Assembly (NCBI GenBank): GCA_963758295.1
Contig: CAVWUU010000001.1
Location: 160,001 to 224,000 of the forward strand
Source of the DNA: Candidatus Eremiobacteria bacterium
GTDB taxonomy: Bacteria; Vulcanimicrobiota; Vulcanimicrobiia; Vulcanimicrobiales; Vulcanimicrobiaceae
Direction of reading: 5' to 3'
DNA: 64,000 bases
The position numbers were made by a program, and so were the translations under genes. Under the pieces are notes generated by a model. The model saw nothing but the letters and a program-made list of their open reading frames with translations, was not told where the DNA came from and searched no databases. Positions within the stretch are counted from its first letter, which is position 1, and each line of letters starts with the position of its first letter. Shown here piece after piece: positions 18,576 to 30,190 of this stretch.

Positions 18576-18986
18576 TCACTGGTATATATGCTCGCCCAAC
18601 TGCACGTAGCCGCCGTCGTGGCGGCCGCGCGGGTCATGATGCGTCCAGTGGATCACGCCGCCCTCAGGCTCGTATTCATATTCGCCTTTAACGACGGCAT
18701 TTTCACCGGCGCGCATCGGGACCGGCCCCGTAAGATCGACGTTCGTTTCCACGCGAACCAGCAAATCGCAGCCGCCGGCAAGGCGTAACAGAAAGCCTTC
18801 GTGATTTCCGCTTGGGCCTCTGCGCGTTCCCAGCACGTCGGCGATCGTGCCGGAAGCTACGACTTCCGCCCGCGATTGCTGCGCGCCGTAAATGCGGCAG
18901 ACGTTGGCGTTGTCCGGCGGCTGTTTCGCGGCCGAACAGCCGGCGAGCATCGCCGCGGCAATGAGAGGGACGAGCGCTCTATGCAT
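18576..18986 (-). CDS. DUF3465-like lipoprotein
   Basis: Lipobox LAGC. GEYEYEPEGGVIHWTHHDPRGRHDGG C-terminal signature. Confidence 0.78.
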   Translation of the reverse strand: MHRALVPLIAAAMLAGCSAAKQPPDNANVCRIYGAQQSRAEVVASGTIADVLGTRRGPSGNHEGFLLRLAGGCDLLVRVETNVDLTGPVPMRAGENAVVKGEYEYEPEGGVIHWTHHDPRGRHDGGYVQLGEHIYQ

Positions 18987-19587
18987 GCGCCGTCCCGTAC
19001 AGCTTCTGAGCCACGATATACTGCCAGACCGGCTCGGGCACCAGGTAGCGCACGCTGCGCTCTTGTGCGAGGAGCGTTCGAACCATCGTGGCGGACTCGG
19101 GAAGCTCCGGCATGTTGAGCGTCGCAATGCGTTCGCGCAAATGTTTGGGAATCGCATCGAGAATGCGCTGCAGAGCGTCGGAACGGACGCCGGGACGCGG
19201 CGCAATCACGAAGCGTTCGAGGTTTTCGAGGACCTGGTCGAAGCGCTGCCACGTCGTGTTCGCGAGCGAATCGGCGCCGATGATGAACGTGAATTTCGCA
19301 TCGGGATACTTCGCGTGCAAACCCGGGAGCAAGTCGGCGGTGTAGCCCGTCGCGTCCGGGCGCAGATCGGTGTCGTCGAGTTTGAAGCGCGGATTGCTCG
19401 CGATGGCGCCGAGGACCATGGCGCACCGGTGGTCCGCACTAGCTTGCGCCTGCGCGCGATGCTGCTGGTTGTTGGTGGGAACGAAGAGCACGCGGTCGAG
19501 GTTTTCGAGTAAGCGCGCTTGTTCGGCTACGAAGAGATGCCCGTTGTGGATCGGGTCGAACGTTCCGCCGAAGATACCAAGTCTCAT
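18979..19587 (-). CDS. nadD: Nicotinate-nucleotide adenylyltransferase
   Basis: GIFGGTFDPIHNGH, FIIGADS, SATMVR. Confidence 0.94.
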   Translation of the reverse strand: MRLGIFGGTFDPIHNGHLFVAEQARLLENLDRVLFVPTNNQQHRAQAQASADHRCAMVLGAIASNPRFKLDDTDLRPDATGYTADLLPGLHAKYPDAKFTFIIGADSLANTTWQRFDQVLENLERFVIAPRPGVRSDALQRILDAIPKHLRERIATLNMPELPESATMVRTLLAQERSVRYLVPEPVWQYIVAQKLYGTAHA

Positions 19588-20849
19588 GAGTACGTGAATT
19601 CGTACTGCCCGATCCTAACGGTATCCCCTTCGGCTGCGCCGAGCTCGCGGAGTTTTTTCTCGACGCCCATCTTTGCAAGCACGCGTTCGAAACGTGCAAG
19701 GGCCTCGTCGGAATCGAAATTCGTCATCGCCGCAAGACGTTCGACACGGTCGCCCGAAATCACAAAAGTGCCGTCGCGCTGGCGTTCGATCGCGAAGGCG
19801 TTATGCGGAACCAGTTCGATGTGCGCGGGCGGCGGCGTAACGATTTCCGGCATGGGTGCCTGTTCGATCGTTTGCCACAGCGCGTACACGAGGTCGCGCA
19901 CGCCATCGTTGGTTGCGGAACTTATGCCGCGCGCGTCGGGAAACTCTTGTTGCAACTCGCGCAAGCGCTCTTGTGCATCCGGCAGATCGAGCTTGCTCAC
20001 CACGAGCAGCGTCGGCTTTTCGACAAGTTTCGCGTTCCAGGCGGCGAGTTCACGTTCGATCGTCGCTTTGTCGGCAAGCATTTCGTCCAGCGGTTTGGCG
20101 CCGTCGAGTAAATGCACTAGCGCTCGCGTACGCTCGACGTGTTTCAAAAATTGATCGCCGAGGCCCGCGCCTTCGTGCGCGCCTTCGATAAGGCCCGGAA
20201 CGTCGACCATGAAGAACGAGTTTTCATCTGAAACGCGCACCACGCCGAGTTGCGGCTCGATCGTCGTGAACGGATAGTCCGCGATCTTCGGGCGCGCCGC
20301 GGAAACGACGGAGAGCAGCGTCGATTTGCCGGCGTTCGGAACGCCGATAATTCCGGCATCCGCGAGCAATCGGAGTTCGAGACGCAGCGACGCCTTTTCG
20401 CCGGGCTCGCCGTTGTACGCGATACGCGGCGCTTGACGGGTGCTCGTGGCAAAATGCTGGTTGCCCAAGCCCCCGCGGCCCCCTTTAGCGACTTGCACGC
20501 GATCGCCCGCGTGAGCGAGGTCGGCGAGAAACGCTTCGTTCTTGCCTTCGGGCGTGCGATAAACGATCGTGCCGACGGGCACGAAGATCGTCAGGTCTTC
20601 ACCACTCCGGCCCGATTTGTTTGAAGTGCCGCCCGCATTCCCGGCCTCGGCGCTGAACGCGCGCTTGTAGCGGAATTCGACGAGCGTCGAAAGGTCGCTG
20701 GTGGCCTCCATAAAGATGGTGCCGCCGTGCCCGCCGTCGCCGCCGGCCGGCCCGCCCTTGGGAACGTATTTCTCACGACGCCATGCGACAATGCCGTCGC
20801 CGCCGTTGCCGGCCGCCACCGTGACCGTTGCTTCATCGATAAATTTCAT
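19584..20849 (-). CDS. obgE: GTPase ObgE/CgtA with C-terminal OCT domain
   Basis: RREKYVPKGGPAGGDGG, GVPNAGKST, DYPFTT, DVPGLIEGA. Confidence 0.96.
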   Translation of the reverse strand: MKFIDEATVTVAAGNGGDGIVAWRREKYVPKGGPAGGDGGHGGTIFMEATSDLSTLVEFRYKRAFSAEAGNAGGTSNKSGRSGEDLTIFVPVGTIVYRTPEGKNEAFLADLAHAGDRVQVAKGGRGGLGNQHFATSTRQAPRIAYNGEPGEKASLRLELRLLADAGIIGVPNAGKSTLLSVVSAARPKIADYPFTTIEPQLGVVRVSDENSFFMVDVPGLIEGAHEGAGLGDQFLKHVERTRALVHLLDGAKPLDEMLADKATIERELAAWNAKLVEKPTLLVVSKLDLPDAQERLRELQQEFPDARGISSATNDGVRDLVYALWQTIEQAPMPEIVTPPPAHIELVPHNAFAIERQRDGTFVISGDRVERLAAMTNFDSDEALARFERVLAKMGVEKKLRELGAAEGDTVRIGQYEFTYS

Positions 20850-20856
20850 GGCGTAG

Positions 20857-20883
20857 AAAAGGAAAAAGGCCCCTTTGGGGCCC
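20857..20883 (-). terminator. Intrinsic terminator between rpmA and obgE
   Basis: Minus strand GGCCCC-AAA-GGGGCC followed by TTTTTCCTTTT. Confidence 0.7.
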
Positions 20884-20907
20884 TCTCCCGTTATCCTTCG
20901 TGACGAA

Positions 20908-21192
20908 CTAAGCGGCGGTCAACGGGCGAATGTTGATTTGCTGCTTGTTGCGGCGGGCGCTGAACTCGACCGTGCCTTCGACCAACGCAAAGAGCGTGTG
21001 GTCTTTGCCCATACCGACGTTCTCACCGGGGTAGAACTTGGTGCCGCGTTGGCGAACCAGAATGTTGCCCGCGAGCACGCGCTCACCGCCGTAACGCTTG
21101 ACGCCGAGGCGTTGAGCGTTGGAGTCGCGGCCGTTACGGGTTGAACCGGCGCCCTTCTTGGACGCGAACAGTTGCAGATCGAACTGGAACAT
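20908..21192 (-). CDS. rpmA: 50S ribosomal protein L27 with N-terminal extension
   Basis: [32 protein letters not shown] and [10 protein letters not shown]. Confidence 0.96.
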   Translation of the reverse strand: MFQFDLQLFASKKGAGSTRNGRDSNAQRLGVKRYGGERVLAGNILVRQRGTKFYPGENVGMGKDHTLFALVEGTVEFSARRNKQQINIRPLTAA

Positions 21193-21201
21193 AGCCGCGT
21201 G

Positions 21202-21230
21202 AGTATAGCAAAGGCCTCCGGCCCACGCAA
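21202..21230 (-). promoter_or_regulatory. Sigma70-type promoter for rpmA
   Basis: TTGCGT-17 nt-TATACT with TG extension, 9 nt before the ATG. Confidence 0.6.
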
Positions 21231-21241
21231 GGCCTTCGCCG

Positions 21242-21682
21242 TCAGCTGTGGACGGGGTGCGGAATGGCTCCCGGACCCGCTCCCTGCGGCACTCGGCGGC
21301 TGGGCGAAAGGTTCGGCGGAAGCCCTGGATGCCGATGCGTGGGCACGACATCGGAGACGTTGCCCGAGCCGTGCCGCCGACGATGCCCGCCGCTGGACCC
21401 GCATGGATTACCGCGGCGGGACCGCTGATTCGAGCCGAAATTGAAGCCGTACGGGGTTGGATTTTGATTGAGGTTGACGCCCCCCGAGCGGCGGCCGCCG
21501 GCGTTCGTACACGGATAGCCGACGTAATCGATGGTCACGGCAGGCGGGTCGACGCTTCGCGCGGGACGGGGCGAGGGACCCGAAGTCAAAGTCCAAAAGG
21601 TCTGCTCGGCTTGGGCGGGCGCCACGAGAGCCGCCAGCAGCAGAACGGTTAGTACCCCGAGGACCGGGCGAAGATGCCTCAT
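21242..21682 (-). CDS. Hypothetical secreted Pro/Gly-rich protein
   Basis: Signal peptide [25 protein letters not shown]. The C-terminal frame is uncertain. Confidence 0.55.
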   Translation of the reverse strand: MRHLRPVLGVLTVLLLAALVAPAQAEQTFWTLTSGPSPRPARSVDPPAVTIDYVGYPCTNAGGRRSGGVNLNQNPTPYGFNFGSNQRSRRGNPCGSSGGHRRRHGSGNVSDVVPTHRHPGLPPNLSPSRRVPQGAGPGAIPHPVHS

Positions 21683-21740
21683 GCCTTCAAGTTTACCACC
21701 GAAAGGGGCAAAACTTCGCCCGCCGTAACAGGGTGGAGTT

Positions 21741-22985
21741 TTGGATAAGAGACGTGTAGCAATCACCGGCCTTGGTGCCGTTACGCCCCTTGGGAACTCG
21801 GTAGGCGAATTCTGGCGGCGCCTGGCGGCCGGCGAGTCGGGCATTGGACCCATCACGGCATTCGACGCAAGCGATTTCACGACGCGGTTCGCAGGCGAGG
21901 TCAAAGACTTCGATCCCGACGCGCTGGTTGGTAAGAAGGAAGCGCGCCGCATGGACCGCTTCTCCCAGTTCGCGCTTGTCGCGGCGCGGGAAGCGATCGA
22001 AGATGCGAACTTCCCAACCGATCAAGCCTTCAAAGACCGGGTCGGCGGCGTGATCGGCACGGGAATCGGCGGCATCCTGACCTTTTGGAACGAGTCGAAC
22101 AAAGCCGCGCAAAACGGCACCTGGGCGAAAACATCGCCGTTCTTCATTCCAATGCTGATGGCCAATGCCGCACCGGCGCACGTTTCGATGGCTTACGGCT
22201 TCCGCGGCCCCTTCTTTGCGACGGCTAGTGCATGCGCAAGCGCCAACGATGCAATCGTCACCGCGTATAACACGGTCGCGTACGGTGATGCGATTGCCAT
22301 GATCACGGGCGGAACCGAAGCCTGCATCTCGCCGCTCGCGGTCGGCGGATTCTGCTCCATGAAAGCGATGTCGACGCGTAACGACGATCCGGCGAAGGCG
22401 AGCCGCCCGTTCGATAAAGAACGCGACGGATTCGTGTTGGGCGAAGGTTGCGGCATCCTGGTGTTCGAGGAATACGAGCATGCCAAAGCGCGCGGCGCAA
22501 AAATCTATGCCGAAGTATTGGGTTACGGCCAGTCGGCGGACGCGTATAACATCGTCGCACCCGATCCGGAAAGCAGCGGCGTCATCCTTGCGCTGCAGCG
22601 GGCGCTCGAGTCGACGAAAATTGCGCCCGGCGACGTGCAGTATATCAACGCCCACGGAACGTCGACGCCGCTCGGCGATACGGCGGAATCCCAGGCGATT
22701 CAAACCGTGTTCGGCAACGACACGAAAGTCGCGGTGAGTTCCACGAAATCGATGCACGGCCATACCCTCGGTGCCGCCGGCGGATTGGAAGGCGTTGCTA
22801 CCGTTCTATCGGTTGCCAACGACCTGCTGCCACCGACGATCAACTACGAAGTGCCGGATCCCGATTGCACCCTCGATTACGTTCCGAACGTTGCCCGCAA
22901 AGCAACGGTCGACGTGGCGTTTTCGAACTCGTTCGGGTTCGGCGGCCACAACAGTGTTATCGTGTTCGGAAAAGCGCGAAGCTAA
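21741..22985 (+). CDS. fabF: Beta-ketoacyl-ACP synthase II
   Basis: RVAITGLG, SACA, INAHGTST, KSMHGH, SNSFGFGGHN. Confidence 0.95.
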   Translation: MDKRRVAITGLGAVTPLGNSVGEFWRRLAAGESGIGPITAFDASDFTTRFAGEVKDFDPDALVGKKEARRMDRFSQFALVAAREAIEDANFPTDQAFKDRVGGVIGTGIGGILTFWNESNKAAQNGTWAKTSPFFIPMLMANAAPAHVSMAYGFRGPFFATASACASANDAIVTAYNTVAYGDAIAMITGGTEACISPLAVGGFCSMKAMSTRNDDPAKASRPFDKERDGFVLGEGCGILVFEEYEHAKARGAKIYAEVLGYGQSADAYNIVAPDPESSGVILALQRALESTKIAPGDVQYINAHGTSTPLGDTAESQAIQTVFGNDTKVAVSSTKSMHGHTLGAAGGLEGVATVLSVANDLLPPTINYEVPDPDCTLDYVPNVARKATVDVAFSNSFGFGGHNSVIVFGKARS

Positions 22986-22989
22986 AGCC

Positions 22990-23703
22990 ATGAGCGGGGA
23001 AGCGCACCGGCGGCGCCTTCGCGCGCTGCTTAATGGTGCGAGCGTTCGCGTTGCGGGCGATCTCGAGATCCTCGAGCAGGCCTTCGTGCACGAAAGCTTT
23101 GCGAAGGAACAGGGTGGCCAGTCCAACGAGCGCATGGAGTTTCTCGGCGACTCGGTGCTGGGCGCCATCACTGCGCACTGGCTGTTCCAGCATTTTGCGG
23201 ACGAGCCCGAAGGCCGGTTAACGGTACGCAAAGCGGCGATCGTCAACGACGCACAGCTCGCGCAAAGCGCCCGCCGGCTCGGGTTTTCGGAGTTGGTCAA
23301 GCTCGGCGCCGGAATGCGCAATGCGGGCGGCTCCGACAACACGTCGATTCTCGCCGACGCGTTCGAAGCGTTCGTCGCAGCTCTCTTTCTGCGTTACGGC
23401 ATGGAAAAAGCGCGCGCATTCGTCGTAACGCAGCACATCGAGCGCCTCGACCACGCACCGGACGCATTGCTCGACGCGAAGACGCGCCTGCAGCATTACA
23501 CGCAGGAACACCTTTTCGTCACGCCCACGTACCGGGAGAACAGCGAGGGCACGCCACAGGCGCCGCGTTTCCGTTCTACGGTATTAGTTAACGAAAAGAC
23601 GTTGGGAACCGGGACGGGTTCCTCGAAGAAGGCAGCACAACAGGCCGCCGCCGAGGCGGCCTTAGCATCGCTCGAAGGTGAGCGCAGCGAAGGGACCACG
23701 TGA
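22990..23703 (+). CDS. rnc: Ribonuclease III
   Basis: [19 protein letters not shown] and a dsRBD ([12 protein letters not shown]). Confidence 0.94.
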   Translation: MSGEAHRRRLRALLNGASVRVAGDLEILEQAFVHESFAKEQGGQSNERMEFLGDSVLGAITAHWLFQHFADEPEGRLTVRKAAIVNDAQLAQSARRLGFSELVKLGAGMRNAGGSDNTSILADAFEAFVAALFLRYGMEKARAFVVTQHIERLDHAPDALLDAKTRLQHYTQEHLFVTPTYRENSEGTPQAPRFRSTVLVNEKTLGTGTGSSKKAAQQAAAEAALASLEGERSEGTT

Positions 23704-26700
23704 AACTCAAGAAGATCAAAGCTTTCGGCTTTAAGACTTTTGCCGAACCGACTACGCTCGATTTTTCGGGTGGTATCACCGCGATCGTCGGGCCGAACGG
23801 TTCGGGCAAATCGAATATGGTCGATGCCTTTCGCTGGGTGCTGGGCGAGACGTCCAGCAAAAGCTTGCGCTCGGGCAAATTAGAAGACGTTATTTTCGCC
23901 GGCAACGATAAACGTAAGCCGCTCGGTCTCGCGGAAGTCTCCATGACTTTCGACAATGCCGATCGCAAACTCGCGACGGACTACAGCGAAGTCGAGATCA
24001 CGCGCCGCACGTACCGCGCCGGCGAAAGTGAGTACTTCATCAACCGCAACCAGGTTCGTTTGCGCGACATCGTCGAGCTGCTTGATGGGCACCGGGCTTG
24101 GGCCGGGCTCGTACTCGATCGTCTCCCAGGGACAGATCGACTCGATCCTTACGAGCAAACCCACCGAACGCCGCGCCCTCTTCGAAGAAACGGCCGGCAT
24201 CAACAAGTTCCTGGCGCGCAAGAACGAGTCGATGCGCCGCCTGGAGCAAACCGAGCAAAACGCGATCCGCATCAACGATTTGATCGCGGAGCTCGAGCGC
24301 CGCATTCCCGAGCTGGAAACGCAAGTGCGCCGGGCCAAGCGGTATCGCAAGGTGAGCGCCCGCGTTCGCGATCTCGAGATTCTGTCGTACATGCGCGCGA
24401 GCGAGTCGCGCCGTATGGAGCGCGAAACGCTGCGCGCGGAACTCGAGAAGAACGAAGAGCTGCGCACGGGCGCGTCCGCGAAAGCGGCACAGCTCGGTGC
24501 CAACCTTGCGGAACTGCGCACGCGCGCCTACCAGCAAGAACTGCAGTTGGAAGAGCTGCGCTCGGAAACGCAAGGGAAGCGGGCCGAATTAGCGCGCCTC
24601 GAAGCGGACTACGCCGCTGCGCTCGCGCGCCGCGAAACGCTCGAACGGCAGTCGACGCAGACCTCCGAAGACGCGGCGCGGGTCGAAGCCGAACGCGAAG
24701 AGCTCGCCGCAACGATCGCGTCGCTCGAAGAGCAGCTGGCGCCCCTCGCCGGCGAACTCGAAGGCGCGCGCGAGAAAGAACTTGCGGCGCAGACGGCGCT
24801 TGCGCAAGCGCGCAAACAGCTCGACGAGATCTTCACGCAATTGCGCGAAGTTGAATCGTCGGCCGCGGAACTTGCCGCCCGGAAAGCCGAGCGCCGCGTT
24901 CAGGGCGAAAACCTGCGCGCCGAAGCCGAACGTCTCGACCAAGAAGCGCACGCCGCGCGCGAGCGCGTCGCCCAAGCGGAAATCGCTACCGGAACCGCAA
25001 CGCAGAATTATGCCCAGCGCGAATCGCAGTTGGCGTCGCTAGAAGAACAGCAGATGGAAGCGCGTACGCGTGCCGAGCAGGCCGAACGCGCCGTTACGCA
25101 AGCGCAGGAAGATTTGGCCCGCGCCGTTCGTCAGCATCGCGAACATACCGGCGAAGTAAAAGCCGCCGAATCGCGCCTGCATACGATCGAAGAACTCGAA
25201 GCATCTCTCGAAGGGCACGTACCCGGCACGAGGGCGGTCGTGGAAGCGGTGCAGCGCGGCGAACTGCGTGGCATCGAAGGCATCGTTTCTAACCTCATCA
25301 CCACCGACGAACGGTATGCCCGCGCCATGGACGTTGCCTTCGGCGCGCGCCTTTCGAACATCGTCACTTCGCGCTCGGAAGACGCCGAACGCGCGATCGA
25401 ATTTTTGAACCGCAGCGAACAGGGTCGCGCGACGTTCTTACCGCTCGACACGCTCGCGAACCGCGAAGCGCGTCAAATGACGGCCGAATTGCATCGCACG
25501 CACGGCGTGATTGGTTACGCGCACTCGCTCATCCGCACCGAGCCGAAGTACGAGGGCGTCGTTCGGTTCCTCGTCGGCAACGTGCTCGTAGTCGATACGT
25601 TGCAGACCGGCATTCATCTCGTGCGCGAGCGGGGGTTCCGCGATACGATTGTTACGCTTACGGGCGAGCAGATCGCCGGCGGCGGAGCAATCACGGGCGG
25701 ACGCTTCCGTCGCGAGAAATCGATCCTTTCGCGTCGCGTGCAAGCTGAAACGCTGCGCGAAGCGCTGGCTGAAATGCGCGCGAACCTCGATCGCTTCGAG
25801 CGCGAGGCGCAGCAGGCAACGCAACGCTCGGAGCAGGCGACGTCCGAGCGCAGCGCCGCACGCGATGCGCTAGCGAAACTCGAGCTTCAAATGGCCGAAG
25901 TTCGCACGGAAATGGCCGCGGTTTCGGCTGAGCTCGAACGCATGCAAGGCGTAATGCTAACCGCCCACGCGCAAGTCGAAGAGCTCGCGGCGCGCGCGGT
26001 CGAGGCTCGCGAGCGCGAACACACGCTCGAAGGCGACGAACCCGACCAGGTTCACAGTCAAGAAGAACGCCGGCGTCTCGAAGCGGAGCTCGCAAAGGCG
26101 CGCGAAGAAATCGCGCACGCTGAGGCATCACAGGCAGAAGTCGCGCGCCGCGCGGCGGATCTGCGCGAACGGACGGCTGCGCTTACGGCGCAACGCGACG
26201 CTGCTACCGGCCGTCTCGGCATGCTGGATCAAAACAGCGAACGCGCGCAACACGCGCGCGAGCAGATGCTTGCGGAGATCGGGCGGCTCGTGGAGCAGAC
26301 ACGAACGGCTCACGCGCATATCGAAGGCTTGCGCGCGGGCGTGAGCGATCTCGATGCGAAACTCGACGTCGCCCGCCGCCAACGCGAAGCGATGGCCAAC
26401 GATCAGCTCGAGATCGAATCGTCGCTTCGCAGCGCCGAGAACGACGAACGCGAAGCGGCGGCAGGCGGCGAACGCCACCGTACGCGTCTTGCGGAAATCG
26501 AAGCCGAGCTTGGCATGCTGGTTTCGCAGTTCGCGCAGAATCCCGCTACCGACGAAGAACTGCGCGACGTCGAAGAACGGTACAAAGAAGAGTCGGACCA
26601 GGTAGCCGACGAGTTGCCGCGTCTGCGTGAAGAACTCGCGCGTCTCTCGGCTAACGTCAACCTCAATGCCGAATCGGAGCGTGAAGAACTCGGCGAACGC

Positions 26701-27267
26701 GAGACGTTCTTGCGCACGCAGCTCGAGGACCTCGCGAAAGCGCGCGAAACACTGCTGGAGTCGATCCGCGAAATCGAAGCGCAGAGCCAAGCGCAGTTCA
26801 ATGAAGTCTTCAATCAAGTCTCGGAAGCGTTTTCCGAGATGTACACCAAGCTGTTCCCGGGCGGACAGGCCAAGATGTGGCAGACGAATCCGGAGAATCT
26901 GTCGGAGACGGGCATCGAGCTTTCGGTGCAGCCGCCGGGCAAACGGCTTATGCCGCTTACGGCGCTTTCGGGCGGCGAACGCGCGATGACGGCGGCGGCG
27001 CTGATCTTTGCGCTCATCAAGGTGAAGCCGTCGCCGTTCTACCTGCTCGACGAAGTAGATGCGGCGCTCGACGACATGAACGTCGAACGTTTCTCGAACC
27101 TGGTGCGCGAGATGGCGGCCGAATACCAGATGATCATCGTCACGCACAACAAGAAGACGATGGAGCTGGCCGACCGCATGTACGGCGTAACCATGCGCGA
27201 ACCCGGTGTGAGCTCGGTAATAGCGGCCGCGCTTACCGAACGCGAACCGGAGCTCGCCCTTGCCTGA
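23700..27267 (+). CDS. smc: Chromosome partition protein Smc (one extra base near 24082 splits the frame)
   Basis: Walker [10 protein letters not shown] in 23700..24854. [13 protein letters not shown], hinge [14 protein letters not shown] and [10 protein letters not shown] lie in the 23956..27267 frame. Confidence 0.93.
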
Positions 27268-28834
27268 CACGACGAAGCCGGCCGCGCTCTTCTCGCTTTC
27301 CGATAAGACGGGCGCAGTCCAGCTCGCGCGCGCGTTGCACGATAGCGGCACGGTGATTTACGCCACCGGCGGAACGAAACGGCATCTCGAAGAGAACGGC
27401 ATAGCCGCCTTTGACGTGGGCGACATGACGGGATTCCCGCCGCTCTTCGACGGACGCGTGAAGACGCTGCATCCGAAGGTCTTCGGGGCGATTCTCTACG
27501 ATCGCAGCAACCCCGACCACAGCGCGCAGGCCGAGAAATACGCCATCGCGCCAATCACCACGGTGGTTGTGAACCTCTATCCCTTTGAGGCAACCGTGGC
27601 GCACGAGGGCACGACGCTTACCGAAGCCATCGAGCAAATCGACATCGGCGGCGTTTCGCTGCTGCGCGCGTCGGCAAAGAATTTTGCGCACGTTTCCGTG
27701 CTGACGCATCCTTCGCAGTATGCGGAATTTCTCGCGGCCTTCACTGCGGGCGAAATCCCGACCGCGTTGCGCCGAAAGTATGCCGTTGCCGCGTTCGAGC
27801 GTACTGCCGAGTACGATGCCGCGATTTCTCACTATCTCACGACGGAAGGCCGCGTGCTTCCGAGCGATCTGCCCGGCGCGCTGACGTTGACGCTTCCGCT
27901 CAAGCAGCGTTTGCGCTATGGAACGAACCCGCAGAATCGCGCGGCGTTCTACTTGGACCGCGCGGACCGTCTGCCGGAGCAATTGCACGGAAAGGCGCTT
28001 TCGTACAACAACTTGCTCGATCTCGACGGAACGCTGCGCATGCTTTCGCGCGCGCCGCTCGGTGCCGACTTCGGCAGCGAACACGAGCGCTTCATTCGCG
28101 CGGCTGTCGTGAAACACACGGTTCCGTGCGGAGTCGCTCAACGCTCGACGGTCGGAAAAGCGGTCGCCGACGCGCTCCAAGCCGACCCGGTCTCGGCGTT
28201 CGGCGGTATCGTGGCCACCGACGGCCGTATCGATCTCGAAAGTGCGGAGTCGCTGGCCAAATTTTTCCTGGAAATCGTCGCCGCACCCGACTTCGACGAA
28301 GACGCGCTCGCGCTTCTGCGCAAAAAGAAAAACCTGCGCGTGATGCGATTCGTGCAATCGCTGCCCGACGAGCTCGCGAAAGAATTGCGTGTGCGCAGTG
28401 CGCTCGGCGGCGTGCTCGCCGAAGATGACGGCCCGGATTCGCCTGCCGAAGAATGGCGCGTTGTCTCGAAGCGCCGGCCGACCTCGCAAGAATGGCACGA
28501 TCTGGCGTTTGCATGGGACGTCGTACGGCACGTGAAGTCGAACGGTATCGTCATCGCCAAAGGGGGAACGACTCGCGGCATCTGCGCCGGCCAAACCAAT
28601 CGCGTAAGCGCGGTGCAAATTGCGGCGCATCGAGCGGGGGAGGAAGCGCGCGGCGCCGCATGCGCAAGCGACGGATTCTTCCCGTTTGCGGACGGCCTTG
28701 AAGCGGCTGCTGCCGGCGGCTGCAGCGCCGTCATCGCGCCCGGCGGTTCGGTTCGCGATGAGGAAGTTATTGCTGCAGCCGATCGACTCGGCGTCTCGCT
28801 CGTATTCTCGAATTACCGCTACTTTTTGCACTAG
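27260..28834 (+). CDS. purH: Bifunctional AICAR transformylase/IMP cyclohydrolase
   Basis: SDKTG, GRVKTLHP, IDIGG, LRYGTNP, SDGFFPF, PGGSVRD. Confidence 0.96.
   Translation: MPDTTKPAALFSLSDKTGAVQLARALHDSGTVIYATGGTKRHLEENGIAAFDVGDMTGFPPLFDGRVKTLHPKVFGAILYDRSNPDHSAQAEKYAIAPITTVVVNLYPFEATVAHEGTTLTEAIEQIDIGGVSLLRASAKNFAHVSVLTHPSQYAEFLAAFTAGEIPTALRRKYAVAAFERTAEYDAAISHYLTTEGRVLPSDLPGALTLTLPLKQRLRYGTNPQNRAAFYLDRADRLPEQLHGKALSYNNLLDLDGTLRMLSRAPLGADFGSEHERFIRAAVVKHTVPCGVAQRSTVGKAVADALQADPVSAFGGIVATDGRIDLESAESLAKFFLEIVAAPDFDEDALALLRKKKNLRVMRFVQSLPDELAKELRVRSALGGVLAEDDGPDSPAEEWRVVSKRRPTSQEWHDLAFAWDVVRHVKSNGIVIAKGGTTRGICAGQTNRVSAVQIAAHRAGEEARGAACASDGFFPFADGLEAAAAGGCSAVIAPGGSVRDEEVIAAADRLGVSLVFSNYRYFLH
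28710..28834 (+). repeat. Direct repeat A, copy 1 (purH 3' end)
   Basis: Matches 30191..30315. Confidence 0.85.
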
Positions 28835-28907
28835 GAAAACGCAACGAGAGCCGCCGCTCTCAGAATTTCGTCAGCGAATTATCAGTTCGTCCGTATCATA
28901 ATGGTGA

Positions 28908-30188
28908 GTGCGAAAACGGCGGCCGGAATGGCGATGGGCCGCGGCGCTCGGCGTCGCGCTGTTTCTTTTGTGTGGTGTGCGGTCATTTGCCGAGGAACGG
29001 CCGGGCGAATGGACGCAGTTCCGGCAGAACCCTCGCAATAACGCGGTTGTCGCGAGCGATCTGCGGGCGAAGTGGCGGATAGAAACCGGTTTCTCGTTTT
29101 CGTCAAGTCCGAGCGTATCGGGAACAACGCTTTTCATTGGCAACAACGGCGGCGAGCTTTACGCGGTCGACCTGCGCAACGGCAACGTGCGTTGGCAAAA
29201 ACGTGTGTCGGCGCCTTTGATGTCGAATCCGATTCTCTGGAAAAACCTCGTCATCGTCGGCGAGGGAAACCAGAACTCGTTCAATGGCGACGACGTCCAT
29301 CCGGTCATCGTGGGCAACGGTGAGAACGCGCTCATCGCGTATGACGCAAAGACCGGTGAAGAACGCTGGCAGCTGCCGCTGCATGGCAGCGGAATGCCGA
29401 CCGCCGCGATCGTTCACGGCATGCTTTTGCATCACGACGGCTCCGGCGAATTCATCGCAGCCGATCCCGCAACCGGTCAAGTCACGTACCGGCGCGATCT
29501 CAAAAGCGTCGCCTCCATGAGCGCGATCCTTCCCATCGGCAACGGCACCGTCGTGACAAACGGCATGCAGCCCACCGCCGTGCAAGCGCTCGACGTGCGC
29601 ACCGGCAATCCGGTCTGGTCATACGCTTTCGACGCGTCGGCGTCGGGTGTCGGCGATTGTCCGGCAGCGGCGGGAAACGGCTACATCGTTTGCGATTACG
29701 TCTCCGCCACGCACGGTGCAGCGCTGCACGTCGGCGACGACGCAGTCGAGCACGCGTATGCTTTGAGCGCAACATCCGGCACGCTGTTATGGGACACAAA
29801 ATTCGATGATGCCGGCACGCTGCCGCAAGGAAACGAATCGGCGATTCCGCTCGTGAGCGGCGGTACGGCGTTTATCGGCAGCGCCGTCGCGCCGGCGATG
29901 AACGCCATCAACACGGCGACCGGGAAAGTCCTGTGGCACCTGGTCGTTCGCGGTCCGGTCAAAGACGGACCGGTTGAAAAGAACGGTGCGATTTACTTCG
30001 GCGATTTAGGCGGCTACTTGTGGGCCGTCGATGCCGCTACCGGCAACGCCATCGGCAGAAAGAACGTCGGCGTACCATTCAACGTCGGATCTCCCGTCAT
30101 CGTCGGAAACACCCTTGTGATCGGCAGCCAAACGGGGGCGCTCATCGCCCTGCCGCTCGATGAAGTGCGCCGGTCGCAGGATGGGTAA
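28908..30188 (+). CDS. Secreted PQQ-like/BamB-like beta-propeller repeat protein
   Basis: Signal peptide, WTQFRQN, and repeated A.D..TG...W blades. Confidence 0.85.
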   Translation: MRKRRPEWRWAAALGVALFLLCGVRSFAEERPGEWTQFRQNPRNNAVVASDLRAKWRIETGFSFSSSPSVSGTTLFIGNNGGELYAVDLRNGNVRWQKRVSAPLMSNPILWKNLVIVGEGNQNSFNGDDVHPVIVGNGENALIAYDAKTGEERWQLPLHGSGMPTAAIVHGMLLHHDGSGEFIAADPATGQVTYRRDLKSVASMSAILPIGNGTVVTNGMQPTAVQALDVRTGNPVWSYAFDASASGVGDCPAAAGNGYIVCDYVSATHGAALHVGDDAVEHAYALSATSGTLLWDTKFDDAGTLPQGNESAIPLVSGGTAFIGSAVAPAMNAINTATGKVLWHLVVRGPVKDGPVEKNGAIYFGDLGGYLWAVDAATGNAIGRKNVGVPFNVGSPVIVGNTLVIGSQTGALIALPLDEVRRSQDG

Positions 30189-30189
30189 A
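30151..30189 (+). repeat. Direct repeat B, copy 1 (beta-propeller gene 3' end)
   Basis: tgccgctcgatgaagtgcgccggtcgcaggatgggtaaa, one mismatch to 31556..31594. Confidence 0.9.
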
Positions 30190-30190
30190 C

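Noticed and set aside
23700..24854. Programmed frameshift or separate short Smc protein
   Set aside because: No slippery sequence at the site, and similar indels occur in other genes, so error is more likely.
26128..28831. Long antisense ORFs (407 and 532 aa) opposite smc and purH
   Set aside because: Shadow frames typical of GC-rich coding DNA, with no motifs.
28908..30188. PQQ-dependent dehydrogenase
   Set aside because: Only generic propeller blades are visible. It is shorter than quinoprotein dehydrogenases and I recognised no catalytic motifs.
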